From Botryllus schlosseri (lineage: Eukaryota): DNA of 64,000 bases. Position numbers and translations under genes: made by a program. Under the pieces are notes generated by a model. It saw nothing but the letters and a program-made list of their open reading frames with translations. It searched no databases and had not been told where the DNA came from. The DNA lies in assembly GCA_051294905.1 (NCBI GenBank), contig CM119372.1, positions 10,294,001 through 10,358,000 of the forward strand. Reading direction: 5' to 3'. Below are positions 63,343 through 64,000 of the stretch, piece after piece (position 1 is the stretch's first letter; the number at the start of each line of letters is the position of its first letter).

Positions 63343-64000
63343 CCATGGGCACGCGATCAGCTGGTCACGCCATAGTGTCCAGCATTGTAGCAGATATACT
63401 CGCAAATGACACGGCTCATTGCATTGGAATAATTTTCTTCATCTGAAACCCCCAAAAGCCTTGACTTTTGTATTGCGACGGATTTGGCATTATGACAGAT
63501 AATTACGTCGAAGAGAAACGATGCCTGTTTAGATTTAGATTAGATTAGATTAGATTTATATTAGATTCAACGAGAGTGACATCTCCAGGAAAAGCAATGC
63601 AGAGAGACAATCCGCAATCGGCGGTGCGGCAATGGGCAATTCTGTACCGGACTTGAGGTTCAAGCCCATGTCATAATCCATGTCCACAATTTGTTATTTA
63701 CCGTGCCCAAGTCCATATCCGTTAATGAATGAAATTGTTTTCAAAAGTCGGAAATGTTGGAATTTGCGTGTCCAAATCCATGTCCAAAAATCGAACACCC
63801 AAATCCGATTCTAGACCCATAGCCTTGGAAAGGCTATATATGCTAGACCGATCAAAATCCTCAAATCCGGTTACCTCAGACTCATATTCAAATCCACGCT
63901 CTTCTCTGTTGTAGTCAAACCCGAGGGGCGAGGACGCTCTGATATCCGGCGTTTAATACCATTCCACACACTGGGGCTCTCCACCTTGACTAAATGCTGG

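Overview
Eukaryotic (animal) genomic DNA, AT-rich, with compact genes and many 55-70 nt introns. The architecture is tunicate/invertebrate-like, which is an inference only. Reading the splice sites by hand gives nine protein-coding genes: an anoctamin/TMEM16 (+, ~3.9-21.1 kb, 5' end unresolved), an unrecognised Ser/Pro-rich, acidic-tailed gene nested antisense in its 6.5 kb intron, intronless PIGA (-), LETM1 (+), glucose-6-phosphate 1-epimerase (-), THUMPD3 (-), an intronless ZMYND11-like gene lacking the MYND finger (+), DNAJC16 (+) and MVD (-). Large introns and intergenic gaps are filled with non-autonomous DNA transposons identified by terminal inverted repeats (TIRs) and target-site duplications (TSDs). 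These include a four-element hAT nest in the last LETM1 intron, a 9-bp-TSD element carrying inverted telomere-like arrays, Kolobok-like fold-back elements, P-like mini-palindromes and a LINE 3' end. Three introns require GC donors. No rRNA, tRNA or CRISPR feature is supported. Most short ORFs in the track are exon fragments or noise. All coordinates were counted by eye and may be off by a few bases.
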